Source: an uncultured Planctomycetia bacterium
GTDB lineage: Bacteria > Planctomycetota > UBA8108
DNA: 60,609 nucleotides
Assembly (NCBI GenBank): GCA_964390645.1
Contig: CAYMLL010000010.1
Span: 1-60,609, forward strand
Direction of reading: 5' to 3'
The notes below the pieces were generated by a model, which was given only the letters and a program-made list of their open reading frames with translations, did no database searches and was not told the DNA's origin. Each line of letters begins with the position of its first letter. Within the stretch, counting starts at the first letter, position 1. Of this stretch, positions 36,478 to 45,779 are shown one piece after another. Position numbers and translations under genes: made by a program.

Positions 36478-37296
36478 TCATAAGGAAGCGAGCAGCTGAC
36501 GTAGAGCGGGAAGCGCCTCGCGTGCTCCCCGGTTGGGCAGCGGGTACTTGAAGAGGTCGAGCATCCAGCGACCCGCGAACCGGATGTCGCGCAACGCCTG
36601 CACGATACCGTCCATGTCGAGGCTGCCGCGTCCGGGAGGGAAGTGGAGCTCGGAGCTACGCCGGTCGCTGTCGCAATAGTGAACGATCTTGACGTGCCGA
36701 TCCAGGGTGCGAATCGCGTCGATGTAGCCGTCGGGCATGCCGACGCCAAAGTGACACGGATCGTAGCAGACGCCGAACTCATCCATGCAGACGCGATCGC
36801 ACAGACGCGTGAGGAACTCGATGTTCGTCCCCAGGGTGAAGGGGTGAACCTCGATGTAGACGTCGATGCTCCTCTGCGCCGCGTACTCGGTGCCTCGCTT
36901 CAGGAGCTCGGCGGTGTCGTCGAGCAGTCGACCGAGCAGGGTGCTCCCGGTCGTCCCTGGCGGAACACGCCCCTCGTAGGTGATCAGGTACTCGACCCCG
37001 AGATCCACCGCGATGTCGATGTCCCGCTGAAGGCCGGCGAGGGCGACCTTGACGTCGTCGCGACTGTTCAAGGCCTGGAAGTAGGGTGAGTCCGGAACAT
37101 TCGAGCCGACGAGCTTCATCCCGAGTGACTCGATGAACTCGCGCAGCTGCAGCCTGAGCTCCGGAGTCGGGAACCCGGCTATCTGGCAATGGCAGATCTC
37201 GATCTGGTCGTAGCCGAGCTCCGCCATGACCTCGAGGGTACGCTCCAGCGGTTCTTCAAGGTAGCCGATCGGGTTTCCGATGATCGGGATGGACAC
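36478..37296 (-). CDS. Sugar-phosphate isomerase/epimerase family TIM barrel
   Basis: LGYDQIEI, YIEVHP, GVCYDPCHF, HVKIVHYCD, HFPPGRGSLD, MLDLF. Confidence 0.85.
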   Translation of the reverse strand: MSIPIIGNPIGYLEEPLERTLEVMAELGYDQIEICHCQIAGFPTPELRLQLREFIESLGMKLVGSNVPDSPYFQALNSRDDVKVALAGLQRDIDIAVDLGVEYLITYEGRVPPGTTGSTLLGRLLDDTAELLKRGTEYAAQRSIDVYIEVHPFTLGTNIEFLTRLCDRVCMDEFGVCYDPCHFGVGMPDGYIDAIRTLDRHVKIVHYCDSDRRSSELHFPPGRGSLDMDGIVQALRDIRFAGRWMLDLFKYPLPNRGAREALPALRQLLASL

Positions 37297-37330
37297 GTTC
37301 GAGGCTCCTGTCTGGAGGTCGTTTCTCTGT

Positions 37331-37741
37331 TCAGGGACGTGCGCGCAGGCGAGACGGTCTCATCCCTGCGCGGAGCTTTCTCGGTGCGGAGATCTCTCGC
37401 TCCGGCGCCTGCTTTGCAGCCTTCGATGCGAGCCCGGACGCTGGCAGGCACACGACGTCGTCGGCGAGGACGCGCGCCGTCGCCCGATCCCGGTCGGCTC
37501 CCTGGGGCTCGTCCGGGGAGCGAGGGATCCTGTCGCCATTCGCCGCGTCGCCTTGTCGCTGACCGAACGCGTCCTCGCGGTGGTCCGCCATCTCGAGCAT
37601 CGGGGTGCTGATCAGCTCGCCGGATCCCATGACGGGTCCGGCGACGACGATGGCCGGTCCGAGCACGAGCATCGTCGGGAGGAAGCCGCGTGGCGACGAC
37701 CGGACCTCGTCGTGACCCGTCTCGGGAGGAGGGCTCTCCAT
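37331..37741 (-). pseudogene. Truncated Nramp-like transporter (N-terminal fragment only)
   Basis: LGPAIVVAGPVMGSGELISTP resembles TM1 of Nramp-like (GSGE-type) transporters. After about 47 codons the frame turns polar, has no further TM helices, and stops at 136 aa. Confidence 0.6.
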
Positions 37742-37743
37742 GA

Positions 37744-38811
37744 TCAGGCTTGCTCCGGCTCGATCGCGATCTCCAGTCGCTCGAGGACGGCGGCGATGCT
37801 CGACCAGCGGCCGGCGTCGATCGTGATGCCTCGCTCGAGCGACTCGCGACGACAGCGGGCCTCGATCTCGCCGGGAACGAGGACCTCGTCGAAGCCCCGG
37901 GTCGGGGGACACGACTTGGCGTGTGTGACGAGCGCGCTCGCCATCTCTGCGAAGCGTCGGGCCGAGACGAACGACTCGACGTCGAGGGCCAGAAGAAGCA
38001 CGCCGTCCGATCCGCCTGCGACCGGCGCGTCCGGGCTCCGGCACACTCCGGAACCGGAGAGAGCGCCGGCGAGGAGGTCGACGACGAACGCGAGGCCGTA
38101 GCCCTTGTGTCCCGCCGCGGGCAAGATGGCGCCTCGTGGCCCGCCGGGGTCGCCGTAGAGGTCGGCGGGATTCGTCGTCGACTCGCCGTCGGAGTCGATG
38201 AGCCAGCCGCTCGGAACCTGGTGACCACCGACCTGCATCGTTCGCACCTTGCCTTCGGGTACGACGCTGGTCGCGATGTCGAGGACGATCGGAAACGTGT
38301 TCTGGCGCGGCACCGCGAACGCGATCGGGTTCGTCGAGAGACGTCCCTCCCGTCCCCCGAAGGGCGCGACCCACTGGCCCGTGCCGCCCGCGTTGACGAG
38401 GACGATTCCGACCATGCCGCGGGCGACTGCCTGCAGCGCGTAGCTCGCGAGGCGGCCGGTGTGGCTCGTGTTCGTCAGGGTCGCCGCGCCGACTCCGCCC
38501 CGCCGGGCCTTGTCGATGGCCAGCTCCATCGCATCGTGGGCCATGACCGGGCCGAAGCCGCCGCCGCCATCGAGGACGCAGCAGCCGGATCGCTCGCTGA
38601 TGGTCGTCAGCGACCCGTCGAGCTTGATCTCCCCCGCCTCGATCGTGTCGATGTACTGCGGGAGGCGGATCAGCCCGTGGGAGACCACTCCGCTGAGCTC
38701 GGCCTCCATGAGGTGTGATGTGACGATTCGGGCGGCGGTCTCGGGGACGTCGCGGGCGCGGAGCGCCTCGTGCGTCGCGCGCTCGAGCTCGGAGGCCGGG
38801 AACCTGGGCAT
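37744..38811 (-). CDS. Ldh_2-family oxidoreductase (malate/L-lactate/sulfolactate dehydrogenase-like)
   Basis: AELSGVVSHG, LDGGGGFG, SHTGRLASYA, LSTNPIAFAVP, LDIATSVVPEGK, GHKGYGLAFVVDLLAGALSG, VLVPGE. Confidence 0.92.
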   Translation of the reverse strand: MPRFPASELERATHEALRARDVPETAARIVTSHLMEAELSGVVSHGLIRLPQYIDTIEAGEIKLDGSLTTISERSGCCVLDGGGGFGPVMAHDAMELAIDKARRGGVGAATLTNTSHTGRLASYALQAVARGMVGIVLVNAGGTGQWVAPFGGREGRLSTNPIAFAVPRQNTFPIVLDIATSVVPEGKVRTMQVGGHQVPSGWLIDSDGESTTNPADLYGDPGGPRGAILPAAGHKGYGLAFVVDLLAGALSGSGVCRSPDAPVAGGSDGVLLLALDVESFVSARRFAEMASALVTHAKSCPPTRGFDEVLVPGEIEARCRRESLERGITIDAGRWSSIAAVLERLEIAIEPEQA

Positions 38812-39436
38812 GGCGCGGAGCTTCCTGGGGTTGTTACGAAGAGGGAGGGAGCAGGGACGGTGCCGTGGTCGCATCCGTTGGGCCGCGTCCCGTCACGGCG
38901 CGCAGACGAGCGGTCGCGTCTCGCGCTGCTCGCCCCGACAGGATGGCGTCGGCCGCGTGCGACACGAAGCACATGCCGCGCCCGGTCCTTTTCTCGAGAG
39001 TGACCTCCCCCGGAACGATACCACTTTCTGATTCGGTCGCTGGTCGAATTCCAGCGTCGAGCCGCTCGCCTGTCGGCGCGTAACGTGGACCGGCGAGCAG
39101 CTCGGGATCGTCTCCGGCGCTGGGCGGCGGTAGCCCGGCGAGTCATGCGGTCGGACGTCGATCGAGGAGGCGATCCACCCGCGCGCGACCACGGACCTGC
39201 GGGATCGTCCGACCGCCTTCGTCCAGCCTGCCGGGCTCCGATCTCCTGAAGCCGGCTCGGGTCGTCTTATCGGGTGCTTTGTTCGCAGCGTAGCCGGGTG
39301 CCTCGACACTGCGGGGTCCCGGATTCTTCATGGACGGGATGGGATCGTATAGAATGAGCAGCGTACCGGGTCGAATGACGTCGTCGGGAGCCTTCCCGCG
39401 AGCGTGAGCAGCTGCCTTCATCGAGGAGAGAGAACC

Positions 39437-39955
39437 TTGAGCAAGTCTACCTTGAAATGGACCGTTGTCGGATCGACGCTCTTGCTGGCCTTCGGTTGGC
39501 TGCACGTCCTCGAGCCGGACCTACATGCCGGCGGGGGCGATTCGAGGCGAGGTTTCGACGTCGGCTCGCTGTACGGATCCTACGCCTCCGTCGGCAGGGC
39601 CGACGGCATCAAGTCCATGTCGGTCGGTGTCGCCGAGTTCGACGGGCGGGGCGGCGTCACCCGATTCGTGCGTATCAACGCCGACGACGGCCACGGCGGG
39701 CGGCGTCTGATCGACCTCACGTCCGTCGGGACCTACACCGTCGAGCGGGACGGCCTCGGCGTCATCGAGTTCACCAACACCGGCCTCGACGGTTCGACCA
39801 CCGACGTGAGCTTCGACTTCGTCATCTGCACCTCGAACGGCCGTGGCGAGCGGCGCGGTCCTCTGGCGCAGACCTTCGAGGCGGTGCAGCAGCAACGGGG
39901 ATTCACGGCGTCCCTGGTCGAAGCGTCGTTCACCCGACAGGTCGGTCGGCACTGA
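39437..39955 (+). CDS. Secreted hypothetical protein, probable beta-barrel
   Basis: SD GAGGAG, TTG start, signal peptide and alternating beta-strand patterns (GVAEFDGRGGV, GTYTVERDG). TTCATG-N17-TAGAAT at 39327-39355 upstream. Confidence 0.75.
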   Translation: MSKSTLKWTVVGSTLLLAFGWLHVLEPDLHAGGGDSRRGFDVGSLYGSYASVGRADGIKSMSVGVAEFDGRGGVTRFVRINADDGHGGRRLIDLTSVGTYTVERDGLGVIEFTNTGLDGSTTDVSFDFVICTSNGRGERRGPLAQTFEAVQQQRGFTASLVEASFTRQVGRH

Positions 39956-40016
39956 TGCGGGCGAAGCGGGGTGTCAGCTGTCCGATCGAGCCGGGCTCCT
40001 GACGCCTGCTGGGGTC

Positions 40017-43000
40017 TCAGGTGTCACGGCGCGAGATCTTGCCGCCGCCGATGACGTGGACGGGAACCCCGGGAGCCTGCTCGCGGAAAACCTCGACCAC
40101 CGTCGGGTGACAGGTGAAGAACAGGACCTGGCGGTGCTTGGCCATCTGCAGGATGCCGCCGACGGCGGCAGCGGTTCTCGTCGGATCGAAATTCACCAGG
40201 ACGTCGTCCATCAGGATCGGCAGGGCCTCGGTGTCTGTCGATTGCGCCGAGATGTAGCCGAAGCGGATGGCGAGGTAGAGCTGCTCCATCGAGCCGCGGG
40301 AGAGATTCTCGGCTTCCTTGCTGCGTCCGTCGCGGTCGGTGACCTGCATGGAGTTCCCGCCCGGGGGAGCGAAGACCTTCGTGTAGCGGCCGCGGGTGAT
40401 GGTCTCGAAGTACGTGCAGGCCTCCCGGATGACCCGGGGCTGGTTGGCCTGGGCGTGGCGGTCCTTGGCGGTATCGAGAAGATAGCTGGCGACGGCGTGG
40501 CGGGCCCAGTCGCGGGCAGCCACGGCCAGATCCTCGAGGAGTCCCTCCTCCTCGGTCCGCAGCCGCGCCACCCGGTCCTCGCTGTCGAGGGCCTGCCGAT
40601 GGTTCTCGGCGGCGCCCCGCTTCTGGAGGGAATCATCCTGGGCGGCTTCCAGCTCGTCGACGCGGTCGCTCAGCTCGTCCTTCTCGGCGACGAGACGGTC
40701 GCGGCTCTCGCCCGTCAGCTCGTCTCTGAGAGCCGGGAGGTCGGGTGTGCCGGCCACCTTCTTGATGGCGGACTCGTGTGTGGCGATTCTCGTGCGGAGG
40801 TCCCGGAGCTCCTCGTCGGCCTTGCCTCGACGCCGGAACTCCTCCTCCCCCTTCGCGTCGCCTGACTCGATGAGCTCGTTGCGCTCTGTCTCGGCTTGCT
40901 GGAGTCGCTGCCGGCGGATACTGCAGCGAGCCTCGGCCTCGGAGATGTCGCTGGAGAGCTGCTCGTGGCGAGTGCGACGGGTCTCTTGCTCCGCCCGGTC
41001 CTCTTCCAGGCGGCGGATCTCCACGAGAAGCTCCCGTTCCTGCGGTGAAGGACGGTCGAGGGTTGTGAAGACGTTGGCGACGCGCTGCCGGTAGTCCCTC
41101 GCCACCTTCTCTGCGCGGGCCACATCGCTTGCGGCGGACTCTCGATCGCCCGTGATCTCGGCCAGCCGGATGACGCGATCGAGCGCGTGGCCGGCGGTGT
41201 CGGGCGACCAGCCGGGATCCATATCGTGCTCTTCGAGCCACTGCTTCCAGGCGTCCTGGGCCGCAAGCCGCTTCGTTTGCAGAGCCGCCAGGTCGGCCTC
41301 CGCCTCCTCGCGCTTGCGGTCGGCGACGGAGGTGCGGCGCTCCACGTCTTCGAGGGCGGATCGAGCGCTCTCCAGGTCGCGCAGCCGCTCCTCCTGCTGA
41401 CCGATCTCGGCCAGGAACTCGCCGAGCCCGGCGAGGATGGCGTCGTCCTTGCCGTCCACCAGCTGCGCCAGGCGCGGCACCTTCGCCATCGTCTTCAGGT
41501 AGCCGGCCCGGGTGGTCTTCATGGCCTCGATACGGACGAGGAGCTCATCGGCGCGGCGCTGGTCGACGCGGGCCTTCTCGACCTTCGGGAAGACCAGTCC
41601 GGCCGCGCGCGGGCTGGTGTCCGCGGGCAGACGCAGGGCTTGCACATGCTCCGCCCACTCCTTGGCGGTGGAGGCGGCCTTTTCCTGCGCCTTACTCCAG
41701 GTGACCTGCGCGGCGTTCAGCTCCTTCTCTGACTGCGCCAGACGGGCGGAGAGCTCGTCGATGGACTGCGCGTCACGCAGTCGCTCGTCGCTCTCGTCGG
41801 CGAGTCGATCGACGGTCGCCAGATCGAGTGCGCCGCTGAACCCCAGCTGCTTCCGGAGCTCGTCGATGGCGGCGTTCTTCTCGCCGACCCGGTCCCGCAG
41901 CTTCTCCGCGCGCCTTGCTGCCCCGGTCGGATCCACGTGGGAGCGACGGCTGCCGGTGAAGACTCTGCGGACGAGCATCAGCGCGGCCGCGAGCAGGACC
42001 CCCAGTGTCGCGGACGCACCGCCGGCCATCGCCTGATCCAGGCCGACGAGGACGCCGGCCGCGAGCAGCCCGACGACCGCGACGCTCACGGCGCAGAACA
42101 ACAGCAGCCGTCCGACATCCGGGCCGGCGACCGCAGCCGCTCCCGCCGCGGCCATCTCCTGCTCCTGCTGCGCGAGAGCCAGCCGTCCTTCCGCCACGTC
42201 GCGGTCGCGCACCGCCTGTCGGAGCTCACGGGTGCGGGCTCGGCGGGCCTCGAGATCGACGGTCCTGGCGACCGTGCCGCCGCCGGCCTCCAGCGGCGCC
42301 TGCTTCTCCTTCAGTGTCCGCCGGATCTGCTCGACGACAGCCTGGGCGGTCTTGACGCCTGTCCTTGCATCGTGGACTGCAAGTTCCGTCTCTCGAATCG
42401 CTCTGTCGAAGCGCTCGATCTTCTGCTGGGCGGGAATGGAGACATCCAGCTCCCCGAGGGTCTGCGCGGTCCAGTCCGGGTCGATCTCGCGCAGGGTGCC
42501 GGTGAAGGCTGTCGACGCGTTGGCGTGCTCGGCCTCGCGCAGTGGAAGGTCTTTGAGCACGCTGGAGAACTGATCCCTGCCGTTGCGCAGACCGTCCAGC
42601 GTCGGGCGGTCGATGTCCAGACCGGCGTCCTCGAGCTTCTCGACCCGTTCGCGGACCTGCTTCTCGTCGTCCCGCGCGTCGCCGAGTGCCGTGGTCCGGC
42701 TGTTGAGTTCGGCGGAGAGAGTCGTGGAGCGTGCTTCCCACCGCGTCAGAGTCTTCTTGTGGCTGGCGATCTCCTCCTTGACGTGTGCCGACCGGTCCAG
42801 CGCCAGCGCGCGTTCCTCGGTCCAGCCGCTGCCGAGCTCGGTGAGCCCACGGGCCACGTCGGCGTCGCGCTGCTGGACGCGAGACTTGAAAGCGGGGATG
42901 CTCTGGATGCTGGTCTCGTAGGTTTCGAGACTCTGTACCAGACCTTTGATCTCGGCACCCTGGTGCAGCAGGGCTTCGTCGAAGCTCAGACTGTTCAGCT

Positions 43001-43913
43001 CCTCGCGCTTGTTCTCCAGGACACCCTCGGTGTCCTGGAACTCGTCCCGCTGCTCCGTGATACTCCGGTTCAGGTCGTTCAGCTTGGCCAGGCCTTCGTC
43101 GGGGAAGTCCTCGACCCTGTCCTGTAGCTCGTCGAGTCGGGTCTCGGCCTCCTGCAGAGCGACCCAGTCTTCCCAGAGCTGCAGCAGCCCGTCGACGCGG
43201 GACTGGCGCTCGCGGGCCTCACGGAGCTTTTCGCGGGTCGCGTGGATGGCAACGGTGAGCTCGGCGATCTCCTGGCCGGCGGTCTCGTACTCGCCGACGC
43301 CCTTCCGGGCTTCCTTGAGCTGCTTCCGCGTGTCCTCGAGGCTCTTCAGGAGCGCGTTGATCCGGGGTTTGGAGCCGCGGGGTGTGAAGAGTTCGCCCAT
43401 CCTCCTGTCCAGGCGCTTGCGAGCCTCGGGCAGGGTCCGCACGCCGCTGCCCAGGCTGGCCCCGTAGATCACATCTCGCACGTCCTCGTTCGTCAGGGTC
43501 TCGATGGACTGGAGCTCGGAGAGGCTGAAGCCGTAGAGATTCCGGAAGAGCTTGCGGTTGGTGCCGCCGAGAATCTTCTCCAGGGCGCCGGCGCCACCGG
43601 TCTCGCCGTCGTTGAAGGTGATGCTGACCTTGCCACCCTTCGCCCCCTCCCTGCGCTCGACGGTCGCGAGGCCGTGGGAGTCGGTATCGAGCACGAGGCG
43701 GCCGCCTGCGGTGCCGCCGTTGAGAGGCGGGTAGTGCTTCTCGCTGGAGCGGCCGTCCGGGTAACCGAAGAGCACCGTGTGGACGAAACCCAGGACGGTC
43801 GACTTCCCCGTCTCGTTGTCGCCGAGGAACAGAACGAGGCCGGGGGGGAGGTCCTCGACGGTGACGCCGTTGAAGACCCCGAAGCCGTCCATCGACAGGC
43901 GGGAGATCCTCAC
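40017..43913 (-). CDS. YhaN-like SMC/Rad50-family ATPase (AAA_27) with an internal TM hairpin
   Basis: Walker A GDNETGKST, a very long coiled coil, signature LSRG, Walker B/D-loop ILMDDVLVNFD, H-loop FFTCH. Hydrophobic pair of helices mid-protein. Confidence 0.9.
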   Translation of the reverse strand: MRISRLSMDGFGVFNGVTVEDLPPGLVLFLGDNETGKSTVLGFVHTVLFGYPDGRSSEKHYPPLNGGTAGGRLVLDTDSHGLATVERREGAKGGKVSITFNDGETGGAGALEKILGGTNRKLFRNLYGFSLSELQSIETLTNEDVRDVIYGASLGSGVRTLPEARKRLDRRMGELFTPRGSKPRINALLKSLEDTRKQLKEARKGVGEYETAGQEIAELTVAIHATREKLREARERQSRVDGLLQLWEDWVALQEAETRLDELQDRVEDFPDEGLAKLNDLNRSITEQRDEFQDTEGVLENKREELNSLSFDEALLHQGAEIKGLVQSLETYETSIQSIPAFKSRVQQRDADVARGLTELGSGWTEERALALDRSAHVKEEIASHKKTLTRWEARSTTLSAELNSRTTALGDARDDEKQVRERVEKLEDAGLDIDRPTLDGLRNGRDQFSSVLKDLPLREAEHANASTAFTGTLREIDPDWTAQTLGELDVSIPAQQKIERFDRAIRETELAVHDARTGVKTAQAVVEQIRRTLKEKQAPLEAGGGTVARTVDLEARRARTRELRQAVRDRDVAEGRLALAQQEQEMAAAGAAAVAGPDVGRLLLFCAVSVAVVGLLAAGVLVGLDQAMAGGASATLGVLLAAALMLVRRVFTGSRRSHVDPTGAARRAEKLRDRVGEKNAAIDELRKQLGFSGALDLATVDRLADESDERLRDAQSIDELSARLAQSEKELNAAQVTWSKAQEKAASTAKEWAEHVQALRLPADTSPRAAGLVFPKVEKARVDQRRADELLVRIEAMKTTRAGYLKTMAKVPRLAQLVDGKDDAILAGLGEFLAEIGQQEERLRDLESARSALEDVERRTSVADRKREEAEADLAALQTKRLAAQDAWKQWLEEHDMDPGWSPDTAGHALDRVIRLAEITGDRESAASDVARAEKVARDYRQRVANVFTTLDRPSPQERELLVEIRRLEEDRAEQETRRTRHEQLSSDISEAEARCSIRRQRLQQAETERNELIESGDAKGEEEFRRRGKADEELRDLRTRIATHESAIKKVAGTPDLPALRDELTGESRDRLVAEKDELSDRVDELEAAQDDSLQKRGAAENHRQALDSEDRVARLRTEEEGLLEDLAVAARDWARHAVASYLLDTAKDRHAQANQPRVIREACTYFETITRGRYTKVFAPPGGNSMQVTDRDGRSKEAENLSRGSMEQLYLAIRFGYISAQSTDTEALPILMDDVLVNFDPTRTAAAVGGILQMAKHRQVLFFTCHPTVVEVFREQAPGVPVHVIGGGKISRRDT

Positions 43914-45169
43914 TCGTCGTCCTCCAGCAGGTCCAGGCAGAGGAGCTCGGCTCCGGCGAGAATCTCCCGGATCTGGTCCCGGTCCAGCCCGGCCAGGGCC
44001 TTCCTGGCACGGTTGTTCTGCCAGAGGGTATCGAGAGCTCCGGTCTCGATCCGGTCGAGACCCTCGGGGCTGGCGCCGTGCTCTTTCGCGACGGTCAGCA
44101 CCTCGGCCAGGAGGTCTCCCTGCTGCGCGCGCTGCTCCAGGTCCACTTCGGGGCGGCAGTCGAGCTCGATGCGCTGTACCCAGACGAGCGGGTCGGAGGA
44201 CGCGAGGCTCTCCCGGACGCGCGCCAGGAGATCGTCGTCGGCTCCCTCGGCGCGGAGATCCTTGTAGAGGGCGCCGCGGCCTTCGATGCGTACGCGGCAG
44301 ACGACGTCCCGTCCCGCGGCAGCGGTCAGCAGCGCCTCCAGCGTCTCGCCGAGCCGGCGATCCAGCGCGTCCAGGGTGTCGAGGTCGTCGATCGATACCG
44401 AGATCTGACGCCAGCGGACCACGTCGAGGGGGAGGAACTCGAGCTCCGCCTTGCCCTGCGCATCCACCCGGACCAGGTAGCAGCCGCGGGCGTCCTGCTC
44501 ACGGATGGAGCGACCCTGGATGTTGCCGGGGTAGACCACCAGCGGGTCCTCGCTGAGCGTCTGGCGGGTATGGACGTGGCCGAGCGCCCAGTAGTCCATA
44601 CCGGAGGACCTCAGCTCGGCGAGCTCGCACGGGGCGTACGACTCGTGGCCGGTGTCCGAGCCGACGTTGCAGTGCAGCAGTCCGATTCGATAGAGACCGG
44701 GAGGGCCGGGCTCGAGCTTCTTCGCGAGGTTGCTGTGAACGTCCTTCTTCGGGAAGCTGATGCCCGAGACGGTGGCCACCGCATCGCCGTCGACCTCGAC
44801 GGTGACGGTCTCCGCGGTCTTGCCGAAGACGTGCACCTCCTGCGGCCACTCCAGGGAGCTGACGCGACCGTCGAGGGGGTCGTGGTTGCCGTGCACCACG
44901 AAGGACCGGATTCCGCCATCCGCGAGGCGCTTCAGACCGCTGTGGAACAAGAGCTGCGCACCGAGGCTGCGGTCCCCGCCGTCGTAGACATCGCCGGCCA
45001 CCAGGAGGAAGTCCACCTCGTGAGATGTGCAGGCTTTGGTGAGAGCCTCGAAGGCGCGAAGCGTCGACTTTCGCAGCCGTCCGGCGACGTCGGGGGAATC
45101 GGCGCTGACGCCCTTGAACGGGCTGCCGATGTGCAGGTCCGCCGCGTGGATGAAGGAGAAGGGCTTCAA
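43910..45169 (-). CDS. YhaO-like Mre11/SbcD-family metallophosphoesterase nuclease
   Basis: HAADLH, VAGDVYD, VHGNHD, GLLHC, WALGHVH, YPGNIQGR. The stop overlaps the ATPase start. Confidence 0.93.
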   Translation of the reverse strand: MKPFSFIHAADLHIGSPFKGVSADSPDVAGRLRKSTLRAFEALTKACTSHEVDFLLVAGDVYDGGDRSLGAQLLFHSGLKRLADGGIRSFVVHGNHDPLDGRVSSLEWPQEVHVFGKTAETVTVEVDGDAVATVSGISFPKKDVHSNLAKKLEPGPPGLYRIGLLHCNVGSDTGHESYAPCELAELRSSGMDYWALGHVHTRQTLSEDPLVVYPGNIQGRSIREQDARGCYLVRVDAQGKAELEFLPLDVVRWRQISVSIDDLDTLDALDRRLGETLEALLTAAAGRDVVCRVRIEGRGALYKDLRAEGADDDLLARVRESLASSDPLVWVQRIELDCRPEVDLEQRAQQGDLLAEVLTVAKEHGASPEGLDRIETGALDTLWQNNRARKALAGLDRDQIREILAGAELLCLDLLEDDE

Positions 45170-45688
45170 GGGGTGAGCCTTCGGGGGGACCGCGCGTCTG
45201 CCATGGAGAGGACCCGGGTGAGGGCAGCCGGGATGACGAGTCGTCGAAGAGTGACGGGCGGTACGATCCGGCGTCAGCGGGGCGGCTGCGGGAACCGGGG
45301 TCGAGCATACATCTCACGGCGCTCGTCCATCAACGACGGGACCGCGGAACCACGCCGCAGCGGTGTCGTGTCGCGGCCCGTGGCAGGCTCTCCTCGATGA
45401 CGGACGGGCGACTCCGTGCCGCGGTGCAGGGGCTCGGCTCTTCAACCTGCCGTACCTCGTCCGGCGATGAGGGGCCGCCGCGGTCGCGGGTCGAGCTCGA
45501 AGCGTGTCGTCGCCTCGGGCGCCTCCGGCGAAGGCGCCGACGGGCCCCATCGTCGGCCTCCGGCGGTGGGTACGTCCCCGAGAGCGGGATGTGCCGGTGC
45601 GCGCCGTTCTCGAGCTCTCCTCGGATTCGGTGGGGCACAGCCGGCGATCCACGAGGATCGCCGTGGCCGGTTCGTCAGCGTCTTCTCG

Positions 45689-45730
45689 GCTCGCCGGTCC
45701 CGAGAGCAGCAGGCGCTCGCCGGTCCCGAG
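45689..45730. repeat. 16-bp perfect direct repeat GCTCGCCGGTCCCGAG
   Basis: Copies at 45689-45704 and 45715-45730 (26-bp period) in an intergenic region. Confidence 0.85.
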
Positions 45731-45779
45731 CGTCGAAGCCGGCCCTTTTCACGATCGAGCCTCGTTGACCGGGTGAGGT

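Noticed and set aside
39143-39420. 120-aa minus-strand ORF 39143-39505
   Set aside because: No motif, it overlaps the start and promoter of the plus-strand secreted gene, and the composition is not gene-like.
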